In this document: positions 36,991 to 47,055 of the stretch, one piece after another | How positions within the stretch are numbered: the first letter of the stretch is position 1 | Layout: each line of letters opens with the position of its first letter | Virus record (IMG/VR): IMGVR_UViG_3300020045_004291 | Coordinates: 28,472 to 92,471 of that record | From: a virus | Direction: 5' to 3' (one strand) | Length of the DNA: 64,000 nt | The notes under the pieces: model-generated | Databases searched by the model: none | Seen by the model: the letters and a program-made list of their open reading frames with translations, nothing else | Told to the model about the DNA's origin: nothing | Made by a program: the position numbers and the translations under genes

Positions 36991-37766
36991 TCATCAACAA
37001 CGCACCACTTGAGGGAATTAAGCTGATGCAAACCGACATTAACGAAACCAAACAGCGCCTATACGATGCCTTCGATCTGGCTTACGCCATTGGATACCGC
37101 TATCCGGTCATCGATTCAGCATGGGACGACATGGACGAGGCCGAACAACTGGCAGAACGCCAGCGCCATAACGCAGACGACGCGCGGAAGGAGTGCTAGA
37201 AATGACTCAGAACGAGTTTAAGCTTTTCACCCAGTCGAACAATCGCCCCCATAAGTCTGGGGAGGCTTTCAGCGTTGGCCAGGGCCGCCCATATGCGCTT
37301 ATTGGTGCGGTCGTCAATCTCATGACAATTATCGGATTCCTGGGTGTCGTATTGTTTGCGCTTTCAGCTTTGGCGGTGTCGGTATGACACAGCAACAAAT
37401 TGACCGCCTATGGCGTGAAAATCAGCGCTTGCAAGAGATTATAGCCGCGCAGGAAATCACCATTGCCAACTATGAAAAATGGTTGCAGGAGATGAAGGAG
37501 CAAAGCCAATGCACCCATTTGTCATAATTGGCGCAATCATTGCCGCCGTCTTTATTGTCGGCATATTCATCGCGTACGTAGTTTTAGAGGATCAAGATTA
37601 TTATGCCCCAAAGTAACCAAAAACTAACCGCCGAACAGCAACGCGATATAGCGCTTGAGGCTTTGGCGTATTTAGAGCGTGCAGCAAGGTGCGGCTGTGG
37701 CGTAAGTGCAGCGGCAAATGCAGCGGCCCAAGTCCGCGCCGCCCTCAAAGCTTGCGGGGTGGTGTG

Positions 37767-38057
37767 ATGCCGACAAGCAACATAATTAAAAACGCATTAC
37801 TTCGTTCGGCACAGGTAGCCGCTCTTGCAATCCACGCGGAAAAACTAAAGGCGTCAACCATGACCCAAGATGAGTATTTCGAACACGAGGCCGCGAAGGC
37901 CCACAAGCCATCCAATAAGGTCTTGGTTGACCGTGAGGATTTGGAGGGTGCTATTGTGGCGCTGTTATATGGGCACGGCCACTCCATCAAGGCCACAGAG
38001 CAATCGTTCGCGGTAATAGAGCGCCTCATGGCAGCGCTTAACGGAGGTGCGGAATGA
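37767..38057 (+). CDS. Early hypothetical protein
   Basis: Coupled ORF, start at MPTSN. Confidence 0.5.
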   Translation: MPTSNIIKNALLRSAQVAALAIHAEKLKASTMTQDEYFEHEAAKAHKPSNKVLVDREDLEGAIVALLYGHGHSIKATEQSFAVIERLMAALNGGAE

Positions 38058-38761
38058 CCCACATCACACCAGAAGCCGCGCGGGAGGCTGGGACGCCTTG
38101 GTATCACAGCCTAAAATTGATTGCGGATGATTTCTGCACTGTTGACGGATATAAAACCCGCATCGGTGGCCCATATCGCTTTGGCAATCCTCAGACTTCG
38201 CGAACGATCTGCACCATTCATTCCGATTTCGACAGGTCGGCACCAAAAGACCCTTACAATCTCAGCTTCAAGCGCGCGGAGCAATTTGCGGCACTCTTCG
38301 CCGCCGCCCCTGAGACAGCCACCGAACGTGACGCCCTCAAGGCTCAGGTGGCGAAACAGGACGAAGTTATCCGAGCATGGAGTTTTGTCGCCTCCGGTCT
38401 TGAGGCGCACTTAGAAGATCGTGTTAGTCAAAAAGACCCCGCGAAACCAGAGGTCTACCTGTCCATACTTCGCTCAAGTGTTCGGGATATTGACCGCACC
38501 AGTGATCAGTTTCTCGCATCTCGACACGCGGACTACAAACGTCATCAAGACGTCATTGCAAGGCTAGAGGCTAAGGTGTCCGAACTCACCGCACAGAACG
38601 AGCGCCAGCGGGAGGCGTTGGTGACAGCAGAACGGCACCTGACTAACATGCAGCCACACATCGCTCAGAAGCCCGTCGAGATTGGTGCGTTCATAGACGT
38701 TTACATAGACATGGCGCGTGAGGCAATCCAAGCCGCACTCAACCCCGCGAAGGAGGGATGA
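38054..38761 (+). CDS. Early hypothetical protein (coiled-coil)
   Basis: GGAGG RBS; TPW..FAAAPE..ERDALK pattern. Confidence 0.65.
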   Translation: MTHITPEAAREAGTPWYHSLKLIADDFCTVDGYKTRIGGPYRFGNPQTSRTICTIHSDFDRSAPKDPYNLSFKRAEQFAALFAAAPETATERDALKAQVAKQDEVIRAWSFVASGLEAHLEDRVSQKDPAKPEVYLSILRSSVRDIDRTSDQFLASRHADYKRHQDVIARLEAKVSELTAQNERQREALVTAERHLTNMQPHIAQKPVEIGAFIDVYIDMAREAIQAALNPAKEG

Positions 38762-39099
38762 TGACCACCGACGAACAAGCCCGCGCCTTGCTGAATAAGC
38801 ATAAGGCGGATTGCAAGCTGACCAGTTCGAACGCCTACTTGCTTCTGCACGACTGCGCCCTAGCTGCTATCAAAGAGGCGATGGAATATGTGCCGGAAGG
38901 GTGGCAACCGATTGAGACTCATCCAGCAAGGGGGCAATTCTTAGTTGACGCTCCTGATTTAGAGTGCGGCATGATGCTTGCGGACTTTGAGTGCGGACAG
39001 ATCGTTTCCGCGTGGGATGGGCGGCCATTTGGCAAGCACGTCAACAAGCCAAAGATGTGGCACCCCCTGCCTCCCCCACCAATGAAGGAAATGAAATGA
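38758..39099 (+). CDS. DUF551-like early protein
   Basis: WQPIET...W.PLPPPP. Confidence 0.7.
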   Translation: MMTTDEQARALLNKHKADCKLTSSNAYLLLHDCALAAIKEAMEYVPEGWQPIETHPARGQFLVDAPDLECGMMLADFECGQIVSAWDGRPFGKHVNKPKMWHPLPPPPMKEMK

Positions 39100-39416
39100 C
39101 CAAGATCACACAGGAGCAGGCGCTAACCGATAACTTTGACGGTGACAACGCGCACCTGATTAGAAGCATTGAAGCGCTGATAGCGCTCAACGATAAGGGC
39201 GCACTAGCACCCCATGGCATCGGCGGTCATGCCCGCGCCTTGCTGTCCTCCGCTGCCGTTCGCCTCACCCGACCAGCCCCCGCACCCATGCCGAGCCGTG
39301 AAGAGGTGGCAAACATGATGTATGATCTAATCAAGAGCGATTATATGTACAGGGCCTCACTTAAGATCGCCGACGCCGTGCTTGAACTCATTCGCAAGAC
39401 ACAGGAGTCTAAGTGA
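39096..39416 (+). CDS. Early hypothetical protein
   Basis: Coupled ORF, start at MTKIT. Confidence 0.55.
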   Translation: MTKITQEQALTDNFDGDNAHLIRSIEALIALNDKGALAPHGIGGHARALLSSAAVRLTRPAPAPMPSREEVANMMYDLIKSDYMYRASLKIADAVLELIRKTQESK

Positions 39417-40198
39417 TGAAAACCCCAACCATTGCAGTTTGGTTTTCGTGCGGCGCGCCTTCTGCAATTGCCATTCGTGAGACGTTCCGGCGCTATGGAA
39501 ACTCGCACAAAATCCGCGTCGTTAATAATGAAGTAGTCGAAGAGGATGCGGACAACCGCCGCTTTGCTGATGATGTGGCAAACTGGCTAAATATAAAAAT
39601 TGAGCGCGTGGCTCACCCTGATTATCCAAATTGTAGCGCTGTCGAGATTTGGGAAAAGCGTAAATTTATGTCAGGAACTAAAGGAGCACCATGCACCATG
39701 CTTTTGAAGCGTGAGGCTCGCTCAATTTGGATGCGTGATAACCTTGTCGATTGGCACGTATTCGGCTTTACCTCAGAAGAAAAAAAGCGTCATGACGATT
39801 ACGTGCTGACAGAAATGTCCAATGTTTTACCGGTGCTGATTGAGGCCAATCTGAGCCGTCAGGATTGTTTTGATGAAATTCAAAGCGCAGGCCTTGAATT
39901 GCCTAACATCTATAAACGCGGATACCCTAACGCGAATTGCATAGGGTGTGTTAAGGCGACAAGCCCGACATATTGGAATCACGTTCGCAAAGACTCGCCC
40001 GATGTGTTCGCCAATAGGGCAGAGCAATCGCGGAGAATTGGCGCAAAACTGGTGCGGGTGAAAAACGAGCGCATCTTTCTTGATGAACTACCTGAGTCCG
40101 CTAAGGGGCGTTCGCTCAAATCTCTAAAAATGCCTGAATGTGGCATACTCTGCGAAGAAAGAATCCCGATGAACAGCAAGACACAGGAGCGGGGATGA
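39413..40198 (+). CDS. PAPS-reductase-like adenine-nucleotide alpha-hydrolase protein with Cys cluster
   Basis: VWFSCGAPSA, PCT..LK, NANCIGCVK, ECGILC. Confidence 0.75.
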   Translation: MMKTPTIAVWFSCGAPSAIAIRETFRRYGNSHKIRVVNNEVVEEDADNRRFADDVANWLNIKIERVAHPDYPNCSAVEIWEKRKFMSGTKGAPCTMLLKREARSIWMRDNLVDWHVFGFTSEEKKRHDDYVLTEMSNVLPVLIEANLSRQDCFDEIQSAGLELPNIYKRGYPNANCIGCVKATSPTYWNHVRKDSPDVFANRAEQSRRIGAKLVRVKNERIFLDELPESAKGRSLKSLKMPECGILCEERIPMNSKTQERG

Positions 40199-40357
40199 TG
40201 GAATTTAAGAAAATATCAGCCGATGATTACGCTAAATCCATGGCAGCTATGAAAAAGGCTGAGGAAGATGGATTGTCAGATCGTGAAATTTTGGACGCGG
40301 GAAATGCTGCCTTAGGCATTGCCCCAAAGCGACGCAGAAAACCAAAGGATCAACCCA

Positions 40358-41227
40358 ATGACCGATAAAACACCCGCCTTAGAGGGCGTTCTTGTATCTG
40401 GCCCATGTGGAGTTTTTTGGAAGTGCACCAATGGCTCACCTCGATCATTAACCGACGATGATGTGGCTAAGATAAACGCCGCCCTGCAACCCGTAAGCGA
40501 TCCTTGTGCCTCACCCATGAGTGACAAAACTGATTGTCACTCAAAAACAACGGAAAATGAGCCACAACCCGTAAGCGCGGAGCCGGTGATTTGGCGCAGT
40601 CGTATCAAAGGATTTTCAAAAGGTTGGGTCTACGAAGACATGAAACCGGACTTTGAGCCTTACAACGACGCACTAATAGTCCAACCCCTCTACACCTCAC
40701 CTCCCGACCAGAGTGCCCGCATCAGGGAGTTGGAGGCGGCGCTTGAATCCGCAAAGCTAGATAAAATGGCCATGAACCACGCCAATGATGTAGCTCAAGC
40801 ATCATTCGACAAGGCAAAGACAAGTGCTGTGCGCGTCGCGGAGTTGGAGGCGGCGTTGGCCAAAACAACTCAAGATGAAGACTTCTCCAATCTATATGAT
40901 ATTTTTGGTCACTTGTGGACGCCGGGTTTTGGCGACGTTGTTTTAAAACTCCATCACGAGTTAACAAGCCCATCGTGCCCGACCGCAAGTATCGAGACCG
41001 AACGTGCCCCGGATGGCTTTACGCGTGTTGTATTTAGATTTGACGCTGACACCATTGGCGCGGCCATAAGCGGGGCTGTTTCATCTGCACGAACGGCACT
41101 TATAGACCGTACGGGGATTCCTGACACAGTACCGTGGAGCGAGGTCGGAAAGTCAGACGCAGTGACGGAGCTTTTGCGAATGGTTGACGCTCGTAAAGCC
41201 ATCAACAAAGAAAGCGACCCGTCATGA
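40358..41227 (+). CDS. Mosaic early protein
   Basis: EPV.W..PLYTSPP motif; internal repeats. Confidence 0.6.
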   Translation: MTDKTPALEGVLVSGPCGVFWKCTNGSPRSLTDDDVAKINAALQPVSDPCASPMSDKTDCHSKTTENEPQPVSAEPVIWRSRIKGFSKGWVYEDMKPDFEPYNDALIVQPLYTSPPDQSARIRELEAALESAKLDKMAMNHANDVAQASFDKAKTSAVRVAELEAALAKTTQDEDFSNLYDIFGHLWTPGFGDVVLKLHHELTSPSCPTASIETERAPDGFTRVVFRFDADTIGAAISGAVSSARTALIDRTGIPDTVPWSEVGKSDAVTELLRMVDARKAINKESDPS

Positions 41228-41649
41228 CCACAGTAACAGAAGCGCTGGAATCCGTCCTTTTATTGATAGAGGGAGACTTCCGTCACAAATTTGCCCCAAG
41301 GCTTAAAGATGGGAGGTTATGCACCATTGCCCTTGAAGACTACATCGACGCCTCTGAGAAAAAGATAGCGGAGTTGGTGGAACAAAATGACAGCCTAAAG
41401 CGGAAGCTATCTATGGCGTGGGAAAAGGGTGAATTTGCCCTACTGACTGAGCGCGACGCCCTCCGAGCGTTACTCAAAGAGGCTGGGGAGGCTTTGGCAC
41501 CATTGGCGCAACAAATAACAAATCTTGGCGATTGTGTAGAAGGCTGCATGCGGGTTCAGGATGACGTTACTATAAAAATGCTAACGTCATCAACTTCAAT
41601 TCGCAAAGCCGCCGCCATTGCAGAAAAGATTAAGGAGCAACTTAAATGA
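41224..41649 (+). CDS. Early hypothetical protein
   Basis: Coupled ORF. Confidence 0.55.
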   Translation: MTTVTEALESVLLLIEGDFRHKFAPRLKDGRLCTIALEDYIDASEKKIAELVEQNDSLKRKLSMAWEKGEFALLTERDALRALLKEAGEALAPLAQQITNLGDCVEGCMRVQDDVTIKMLTSSTSIRKAAAIAEKIKEQLK

Positions 41650-41882
41650 TCAATTTCATCAAACGCCTGTTTGGCAAGAATGCACCAGTCGTGGCAGAAA
41701 AGACCGCCGAGCAGAAGCTTACGGACTTTCGAGACCTTTATGTCAGCCATGACCCCATAGCTGACAACCTCAAAGACAAGATCGCCCAGGCCAAGCGCAA
41801 CAAAAAGCGCTATAGCCACCTTGAGGCGCAACTACGCGACCACATGACAGCAAAGCTTTTAAAAGCGGACGGATTCAAATGA
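41646..41882 (+). CDS. Early hypothetical protein
   Basis: AAGGAG RBS, coupled. Confidence 0.6.
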   Translation: MINFIKRLFGKNAPVVAEKTAEQKLTDFRDLYVSHDPIADNLKDKIAQAKRNKKRYSHLEAQLRDHMTAKLLKADGFK

Positions 41883-42007
41883 TTGATAACATAATACACA
41901 TAAGCATGGCTGTAATCCTAATGGGCGCAGCCGCATTAATTGTTGGTGCGGTGGTTTTTCTTTCGATTGTTGCGTTCAGCTTTTTGCGTGACTTTTTCCG
42001 CTTGTAG
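41879..42007 (+). CDS. 42-aa single-TM peptide; missing from the ORF track
   Basis: ATGA coupling; MIDNIIHISMAVILMGAAALIVGAVVFLSIVAF... Confidence 0.5.
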   Translation: MIDNIIHISMAVILMGAAALIVGAVVFLSIVAFSFLRDFFRL

Positions 42008-42030
42008 CGACACTAAATCCGTTGTAGTCT
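42002..42030 (+). promoter_or_regulatory. Candidate promoter for ncRNA copy B
   Basis: TTGTAG-17-TAGTCT with a TG extension. Confidence 0.45.
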
Positions 42031-42041
42031 TGTGTTTCATT

Positions 42042-42447
42042 GTTTCGGCTGGACTTTCACCCATGGTAGCTTACATGGCACGTCATAATGATCGTATCGC
42101 CCCGCCCCAGCCAATGGGTTCCTAAGGCGGGAATTAGACAAAGCCGTCTGCCGGACGTAAAGCGGCCAAGTTTCGCCAGAGATGGCCTGTAAGGGAAATA
42201 AAATGTCAGAAGAGATCCACCCCAGTCCAAAAATGGGGTCGCCAACGTAATCAGGGATTATGGGGCGCTGGCTAATAAGTTTGATCTGCGGGCTTTTCAC
42301 GTCCCCTGCACCTGTCGTTCGTCAGGATTAACACAGAGGATGAACCTAAGCGTAATGGCGAGGTTACGCAGATCAAAACCATCCCGCAAGGGTAGAGGGG
42401 CGACCTTCCGAAAGACCCTAGCCGTTTCCCTCCGGCTGGGGTTTTTT
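42042..42447 (+). ncRNA. Large structured non-coding RNA (copy B)
   Basis: Same helices as copy A; UUCG hairpin replaced by GCCA-GAGA-TGGC (42175-42186); terminator 42416-42447. Confidence 0.8.
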
Positions 42448-42511
42448 GTGTCTTAAACCATATATTTAGATTTCTGATCTATTGTGGCTTTCATAGAAGA
42501 GGGAAAATTCT

Positions 42512-43105
42512 ATGAGATATCCGAACGCCGTTGGCGCAATCAACATCATTAACGTCAGCCTGTTAATCGCCCTGGGGATCGCCGTCACGGCACCAACTGT
42601 GCAGCCTGACCAGTTTGTTACCTATGCCCCGCCACCCGCCTTGGAGGTCATATGGCCCAAGCGCGAATTGATCGTGTATCCAGAGGTTGCCACAGTTTCG
42701 GGCATTGACTTGATTAAACGCTTTGAGGGGCTGCGCTTGAAGGCATATAAATGCACGGCAAAACGCTGGACGATTGGTTATGGCCGCGCATATGGCGTAA
42801 AATCCGGTCAGGTGATCACACAGGCCGATGCTGATCGCATGTTGTCGGTTGACTACGCCAAAACAAAAAGCGCCGTCCTGAGTGCTGTAAAGGCCGATAT
42901 CAGCGATCAGCAAATAGAGGTGTTGGTGTCTTTCGCGTATAACGTGGGGATTACGCGGTTCAAAGAATCCACCATGTTAAAAATGATCAACGCCGGTGAC
43001 CTGCGTGGCGCGCGCGATCAATTCAGGTTTTGGATTCACGTAGACGGCCAGCCTATCGACGGCCTGATTAACCGCCGTGCAGAAGAGGCCGCGTTGTTTA
43101 TTTAG
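42512..43105 (+). CDS. GH24 membrane-anchored lysozyme (copy B)
   Basis: 5 conservative substitutions relative to 505-1098. Confidence 0.9.
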   Translation: MRYPNAVGAINIINVSLLIALGIAVTAPTVQPDQFVTYAPPPALEVIWPKRELIVYPEVATVSGIDLIKRFEGLRLKAYKCTAKRWTIGYGRAYGVKSGQVITQADADRMLSVDYAKTKSAVLSAVKADISDQQIEVLVSFAYNVGITRFKESTMLKMINAGDLRGARDQFRFWIHVDGQPIDGLINRRAEEAALFI

Positions 43106-43292
43106 CCAGTCCGAAAAACGTCTTTATCTGGGCTGCGAAGATTCCGAACAGAACGCCAATGGTAGCAGCGCCACCAAGCACAAACTTCTGCCATGAAACC
43201 AGATCGTCAATCTTCTTCTGATGTGTCGCCTGCCAAGCCTTTAGGTCGTCCACATCTTTTTTTAATAGCGCAATCTGCGTTTCCGGCGTCAC
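43098..43292 (-). CDS. Coiled-coil plus TM protein (copy B)
   Basis: Identical protein to 1091-1285. Confidence 0.65.
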   Translation of the reverse strand: MTPETQIALLKKDVDDLKAWQATHQKKIDDLVSWQKFVLGGAATIGVLFGIFAAQIKTFFGLAK

Positions 43293-43762
43293 TTCCGCCC
43301 CACTTTATGACGAGCCGCCACCCTATTATCAGGCAGGTTATGCAGATAAATATTACCAATATCTGCAATCACGATACCCAACCCCCACACCATACTCGTT
43401 ACAATTAGCGCCATAGTAAGGCCGTTGAGGCCTGCATAATAGCCGTAATGGCTCTCAGGCCGCATGAGCGCCGTCACAAGGTGCAAGGACAACATGCCGA
43501 TATAAGCGCCCATGATCGGCCACCTAAGGTTTTTCGTGCGCTGCCCACGCCTTGCCACCAGCACGCATAATATCATACCGATGACGTCCGCAATAGCATA
43601 AGTTGCTAATTGGCGCGGCAAAGGTATAAATTGAGATATAGCCTCGCCGATGGCAAAGCCACCAATCAGGAGCAGAGAAAGCTTTTGTAGGGCGCGCGAC
43701 GATCCAGCCCACGCTATGAGCGCATTAGTGATTAAGGCTACGACCATGGCGACAGCTATCAC
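43289..43762 (-). CDS. Multi-pass membrane protein (copy B)
   Basis: Homologue of 1282-1755. Confidence 0.7.
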   Translation of the reverse strand: MIAVAMVVALITNALIAWAGSSRALQKLSLLLIGGFAIGEAISQFIPLPRQLATYAIADVIGMILCVLVARRGQRTKNLRWPIMGAYIGMLSLHLVTALMRPESHYGYYAGLNGLTMALIVTSMVWGLGIVIADIGNIYLHNLPDNRVAARHKVGRK

Positions 43763-44031
43763 GGCTGTGTTTCCTCTTCGTCGTCGTCCTTATTCGTGGT
43801 GTTGTTTGAGAACGCGACAATTCCGTCGCTGGATTCGTCAGCGTAATCGATACCAAGCTTTTTAGCCGCTACATGCAAGGCCTTGTGGTGACGACGCATG
43901 GCACGAATTACGTTTTTAGCGGCTGACGTGTCATCTGATTCCGCCAGGAGTTCATCAAGATAGATTTCCAGCACTGAGAGCGTCTCAGCGACCGGCTGGG
44001 CCTCTTTGGCAATAAAGGTTGATAATTTCAA
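43759..44031 (-). CDS. Hypothetical protein (copy B)
   Basis: Homologue of 1752-2030. Confidence 0.7.
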   Translation of the reverse strand: MKLSTFIAKEAQPVAETLSVLEIYLDELLAESDDTSAAKNVIRAMRRHHKALHVAAKKLGIDYADESSDGIVAFSNNTTNKDDDEEETQP

Positions 44032-44348
44032 GGCTTCGCTCCATTGGATAAATCGATTAAATCAACAAGGCCCTTGCGCTTCTCGTTACATTCTACCAGT
44101 GCAGCCTCTTGATTGACAGAGGTTACAGCCATATTTTGCACCGCTGAAAACACTTCATCCAATGAGGGATTTTCACTCAGGCGCGAAGGCAGATCAGGCC
44201 CCGTGCATGCCGTCCTGAAATTGGCAGGAACAAAGATCAGCGTTTTAGGGCTGGGCTGGGGTTTCCCTGCGCAATTCGTCAAGGCCAGCAAGCCAAGTGT
44301 TATAAGTGACGCCGATATCTTCGCATTTAGACGGTACGGGGATTTCAT
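44028..44348 (-). CDS. o-spanin-like lipoprotein (copy B)
   Basis: LLALTNC lipobox. Confidence 0.75.
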   Translation of the reverse strand: MKSPYRLNAKISASLITLGLLALTNCAGKPQPSPKTLIFVPANFRTACTGPDLPSRLSENPSLDEVFSAVQNMAVTSVNQEAALVECNEKRKGLVDLIDLSNGAKP

Positions 44349-44595
44349 GAGTGATAACCTTGGCTTTTTCGCGAATGACTTTCACGCGGTCGATATATTG
44401 GGTATCAATGACAATCGAGGCCTCAGCATTGGCCAGCGAGTTCTTAGCTGATGCCAGTTCGCCACCAAGGCGGGCAATATCGGCCTTCTGGGCGGCAATA
44501 ACCTTTTCCTTGGCGTCAAGCTTCATATTGCCGATGCAGACGCTACCGGCCAGCGTAAAGGCCGCAAATGCAATAGCGAATGTTTCCAGCTTCAT
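44245..44595 (-). CDS. i-spanin (copy B)
   Basis: Homologue of 2264-2614. Confidence 0.75.
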   Translation of the reverse strand: MKLETFAIAFAAFTLAGSVCIGNMKLDAKEKVIAAQKADIARLGGELASAKNSLANAEASIVIDTQYIDRVKVIREKAKVITHEIPVPSKCEDIGVTYNTWLAGLDELRRETPAQP

Positions 44596-45074
44596 GAGAC
44601 ACCTTTCAGGCATAGGTTACGTTCTGCGGCCCGCCTGTTTGTCAGGCCCCGCACCTCACGGCCCCCCGCGCGATTCCACATCATGAACGCATCGCACCCG
44701 CCTTTGATATCGCCAGCATCAAACCTACGATCCACGGTAGACTTGCAATAGGCTTGCGTGCCGATATTATAGGCTAGAGACGTAGCCGCCGCCAAGACTT
44801 CTGGCTTTGATGCAATGGACGGCGTACACGCCATGACGGGTTTCATATAGCGTTCGCTGACAGCCTTTTTCAGCATTGCCTCGCACTCAGCGTCGCTGTA
44901 GTAACGATCCTGCACATTTTGAGTCTCACCAAAGCACACAGTTTTTACATTGACGATATCAAAATATGGATCGTTTTCCTTCCCTTCCCACGGCATAATG
45001 ACGCCAAGCGCAAGCGCCATCGCAGAGCCGCCAATGAGTGCGGTTTGTGCTTTTGGTGGTATATTAAACCGCAT
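44592..45074 (-). CDS. SAR endolysin (copy B)
   Basis: Homologue of 2611-3090 with two divergent patches. Confidence 0.9.
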   Translation of the reverse strand: MRFNIPPKAQTALIGGSAMALALGVIMPWEGKENDPYFDIVNVKTVCFGETQNVQDRYYSDAECEAMLKKAVSERYMKPVMACTPSIASKPEVLAAATSLAYNIGTQAYCKSTVDRRFDAGDIKGGCDAFMMWNRAGGREVRGLTNRRAAERNLCLKGVS

Positions 45075-45354
45075 CCTTAACCCTCACTGTGCGAATGTTC
45101 TTTTGTGTCAGGTTCGCCGCAATGGTGGACAGCACCATAAGCGCAATGGCCACACAGATGACCGGCATGACCAGAGCCTCAGACATGCGGTTAAACGTGT
45201 ATAGAATGCCCCACACACCCGACCACAGCGTATTGGCGATGTTTATAAGCACGCTCCATTTACGCATAGTCAACGACCAACCTGTTACCAAGTCCACCCA
45301 GATGGGAGGCTTTGGCAACGCGGTCAGGGTTGGGCGTGTGTACGGGGCTTTCAT
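45064..45354 (-). CDS. Putative holin (copy B)
   Basis: Homologue of 3080-3370. Confidence 0.65.
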   Translation of the reverse strand: MKAPYTRPTLTALPKPPIWVDLVTGWSLTMRKWSVLINIANTLWSGVWGILYTFNRMSEALVMPVICVAIALMVLSTIAANLTQKNIRTVRVKDAV

Positions 45355-46019
45355 CAGTAGCTAACTAGACGCAACTTGATCTTGCTGAATTCTACGGTCC
45401 TCTGCGCGGCGGTCTTAGCCCGGACGTAGAAATCAATCACAGAGTTTGTGTCAGTCCAGCTTCCTTTGCTGTAGTACCCGCCGCCGCCGCAGTCATACGG
45501 GTCACCGTGAGTGAACCAGATTTCCTTGGTGCGTGGACGAATAGTTACGCCAAAATTCTTGCGCTTGGCCAAGCTAGTTGCAAGATTGATCCCCGTAGAT
45601 AGGTTTACACCAGCCGCTGGATATAGGCGTATTGCGTCAACGCCACCAACGCCATCATTGTTTTGCCAGAACATACCGCCGGTACTTCCGTTGTTATAGC
45701 CAATACCAAGGTTTTGAATGGTGTTGGTGGCACTGTCGGATAGACCCGAGTAAACAATGAAGGAAATTTCTTCAAAGTTAGCGCTGTTAATTGTAAATGC
45801 GGTACTTACACCAGCCTGATCGCCAGAGGCGGGGGTTGCAGACTTGGTTGTAACCTTGGCCACACCCCTACCTACGGCTGGCGTTTCAAACGCGATGGTG
45901 CTGTCTGTTCCATTTTTAACTAGCCATGAAGGGAGCGCGGTATCATTTAGCGCGTCCCAGACGAACTCTCGAACTACAGGGCCTGGATAGGCTGGCTGGC
46001 CATTGGGCTTACAGAACAT
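45354..46019 (-). CDS. Beta-sandwich / lectin-like protein
   Basis: Beta-rich; GGAG RBS before MFCKP. Confidence 0.5.
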   Translation of the reverse strand: MFCKPNGQPAYPGPVVREFVWDALNDTALPSWLVKNGTDSTIAFETPAVGRGVAKVTTKSATPASGDQAGVSTAFTINSANFEEISFIVYSGLSDSATNTIQNLGIGYNNGSTGGMFWQNNDGVGGVDAIRLYPAAGVNLSTGINLATSLAKRKNFGVTIRPRTKEIWFTHGDPYDCGGGGYYSKGSWTDTNSVIDFYVRAKTAAQRTVEFSKIKLRLVSY

Positions 46020-47055
46020 GTGTAATAACTCCGATGTGGGTCTTGTTGATTGTGTAATAGACGTACAAGACGCCATTCTCGATATACGGGCACACAGAGC
46101 GCATGTCGGTTGATTCCCAAGCTTCCACAGGAGACCAGATTACGGTGGGCCGCTCTATGATGCTGTCGTAGCTGGGAGAAATGCGCGCCGCCACGATTCG
46201 ACAGTTAGATGTAGCGCCGCCAGATGCGCCATCAGAAGCGCGACCAATTAGGTAATCGACGCCACCGGAGTTGGCTACAAAGCAAGAGTTCCACTCGATG
46301 CGGCGACCGGCCAGCGTTCCGCCCTGCGTAAACTCCTGGCTAAATGGCAACTTCTGCCAATTAGACTGCCAGTCGTTGAGTTGGCCACGGCAACGCCACA
46401 TCGTGAACGCTCCGAAGTCAGTCCCACCGGCAAGGCTGTACGCGTACATGCCTGTTCTGGTCTGGAAAGGTAGAAAATACCCCGTGTGGCCGTTACCATA
46501 CACATAATTTGCGGCTGGAATGTCCAACACAAACGCTGGGTCTTTAGTCCACGTCACACCGTCTGTAGAGGTGGCGGATAAGGTGGACTGATCACCAAGC
46601 GCGTTGGTTACGTTAGATGCGCCATACTTAGCGCCAGATTGTTGATAAAACATACGCAAGACGGAATTGTGCTGATCCCAAACCACGGCGGGGGTCTCAG
46701 TCTGGCCAACGTTGCTGCCCCAAGAACTGGCAGGGTCAACATATACGAGGCCGCGTTGCGTCCACGGGCCTAAGGGGCTGGGGGCCGACGCCATGTAGAT
46801 ACCGCCGACGCCAGAATTGTGGTCGGTTGAGAAGTACATGTAGTAGGCGTCAAGCGGCGCCGATATTTTGTCCGTCTTAATAACCCAAGGCCAATAGAGG
46901 TTTGCAGCCCCTGTGTCAGCAGACGTAAACATCAGTTGGTGCGCAGACCAGCTTGCTGGCTCCAGGATAGAGCCGGTCAAATTAGGACGGTTTGTAGCGG
47001 GAGCGACCGAACCTTGTCGGGCTGCAATCATGCTCTCAGAAAGTTCGATAGACAT
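46009..47055 (-). CDS. Five-bladed beta-propeller glycoside hydrolase-like protein (GH43/32/130 clan)
   Basis: YWP..YYMYFSTDH..SAPSPLGPW, ETPAVVW..MFY, ATSTDGVTW. Confidence 0.65.
   Translation of the reverse strand: MSIELSESMIAARQGSVAPATNRPNLTGSILEPASWSAHQLMFTSADTGAANLYWPWVIKTDKISAPLDAYYMYFSTDHNSGVGGIYMASAPSPLGPWTQRGLVYVDPASSWGSNVGQTETPAVVWDQHNSVLRMFYQQSGAKYGASNVTNALGDQSTLSATSTDGVTWTKDPAFVLDIPAANYVYGNGHTGYFLPFQTRTGMYAYSLAGGTDFGAFTMWRCRGQLNDWQSNWQKLPFSQEFTQGGTLAGRRIEWNSCFVANSGGVDYLIGRASDGASGGATSNCRIVAARISPSYDSIIERPTVIWSPVEAWESTDMRSVCPYIENGVLYVYYTINKTHIGVITHVL

Larger units (their letters stand above)
45..42041. mobile_element. Phage genome unit A (podovirus-like, ~42 kb, apparently complete, no integrase seen)
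   Basis: Contains lysis, virion, terminase, replication and early modules; homologous sequence restarts at ~42042 (lysozyme 505 vs 42512, offset 42007). Confidence 0.9.

Noticed and set aside
42042-45354. Direct terminal repeat or exact assembly duplication
   Set aside because: The copies differ by many synonymous substitutions and block changes, and are followed by a different virion module.
45354-47055. Single frameshifted gene or programmed frameshift joining the 348-aa and 240-aa ORFs
   Set aside because: The downstream ORF has its own GGAG RBS and ATG at 46019, giving an ordinary short overlap.
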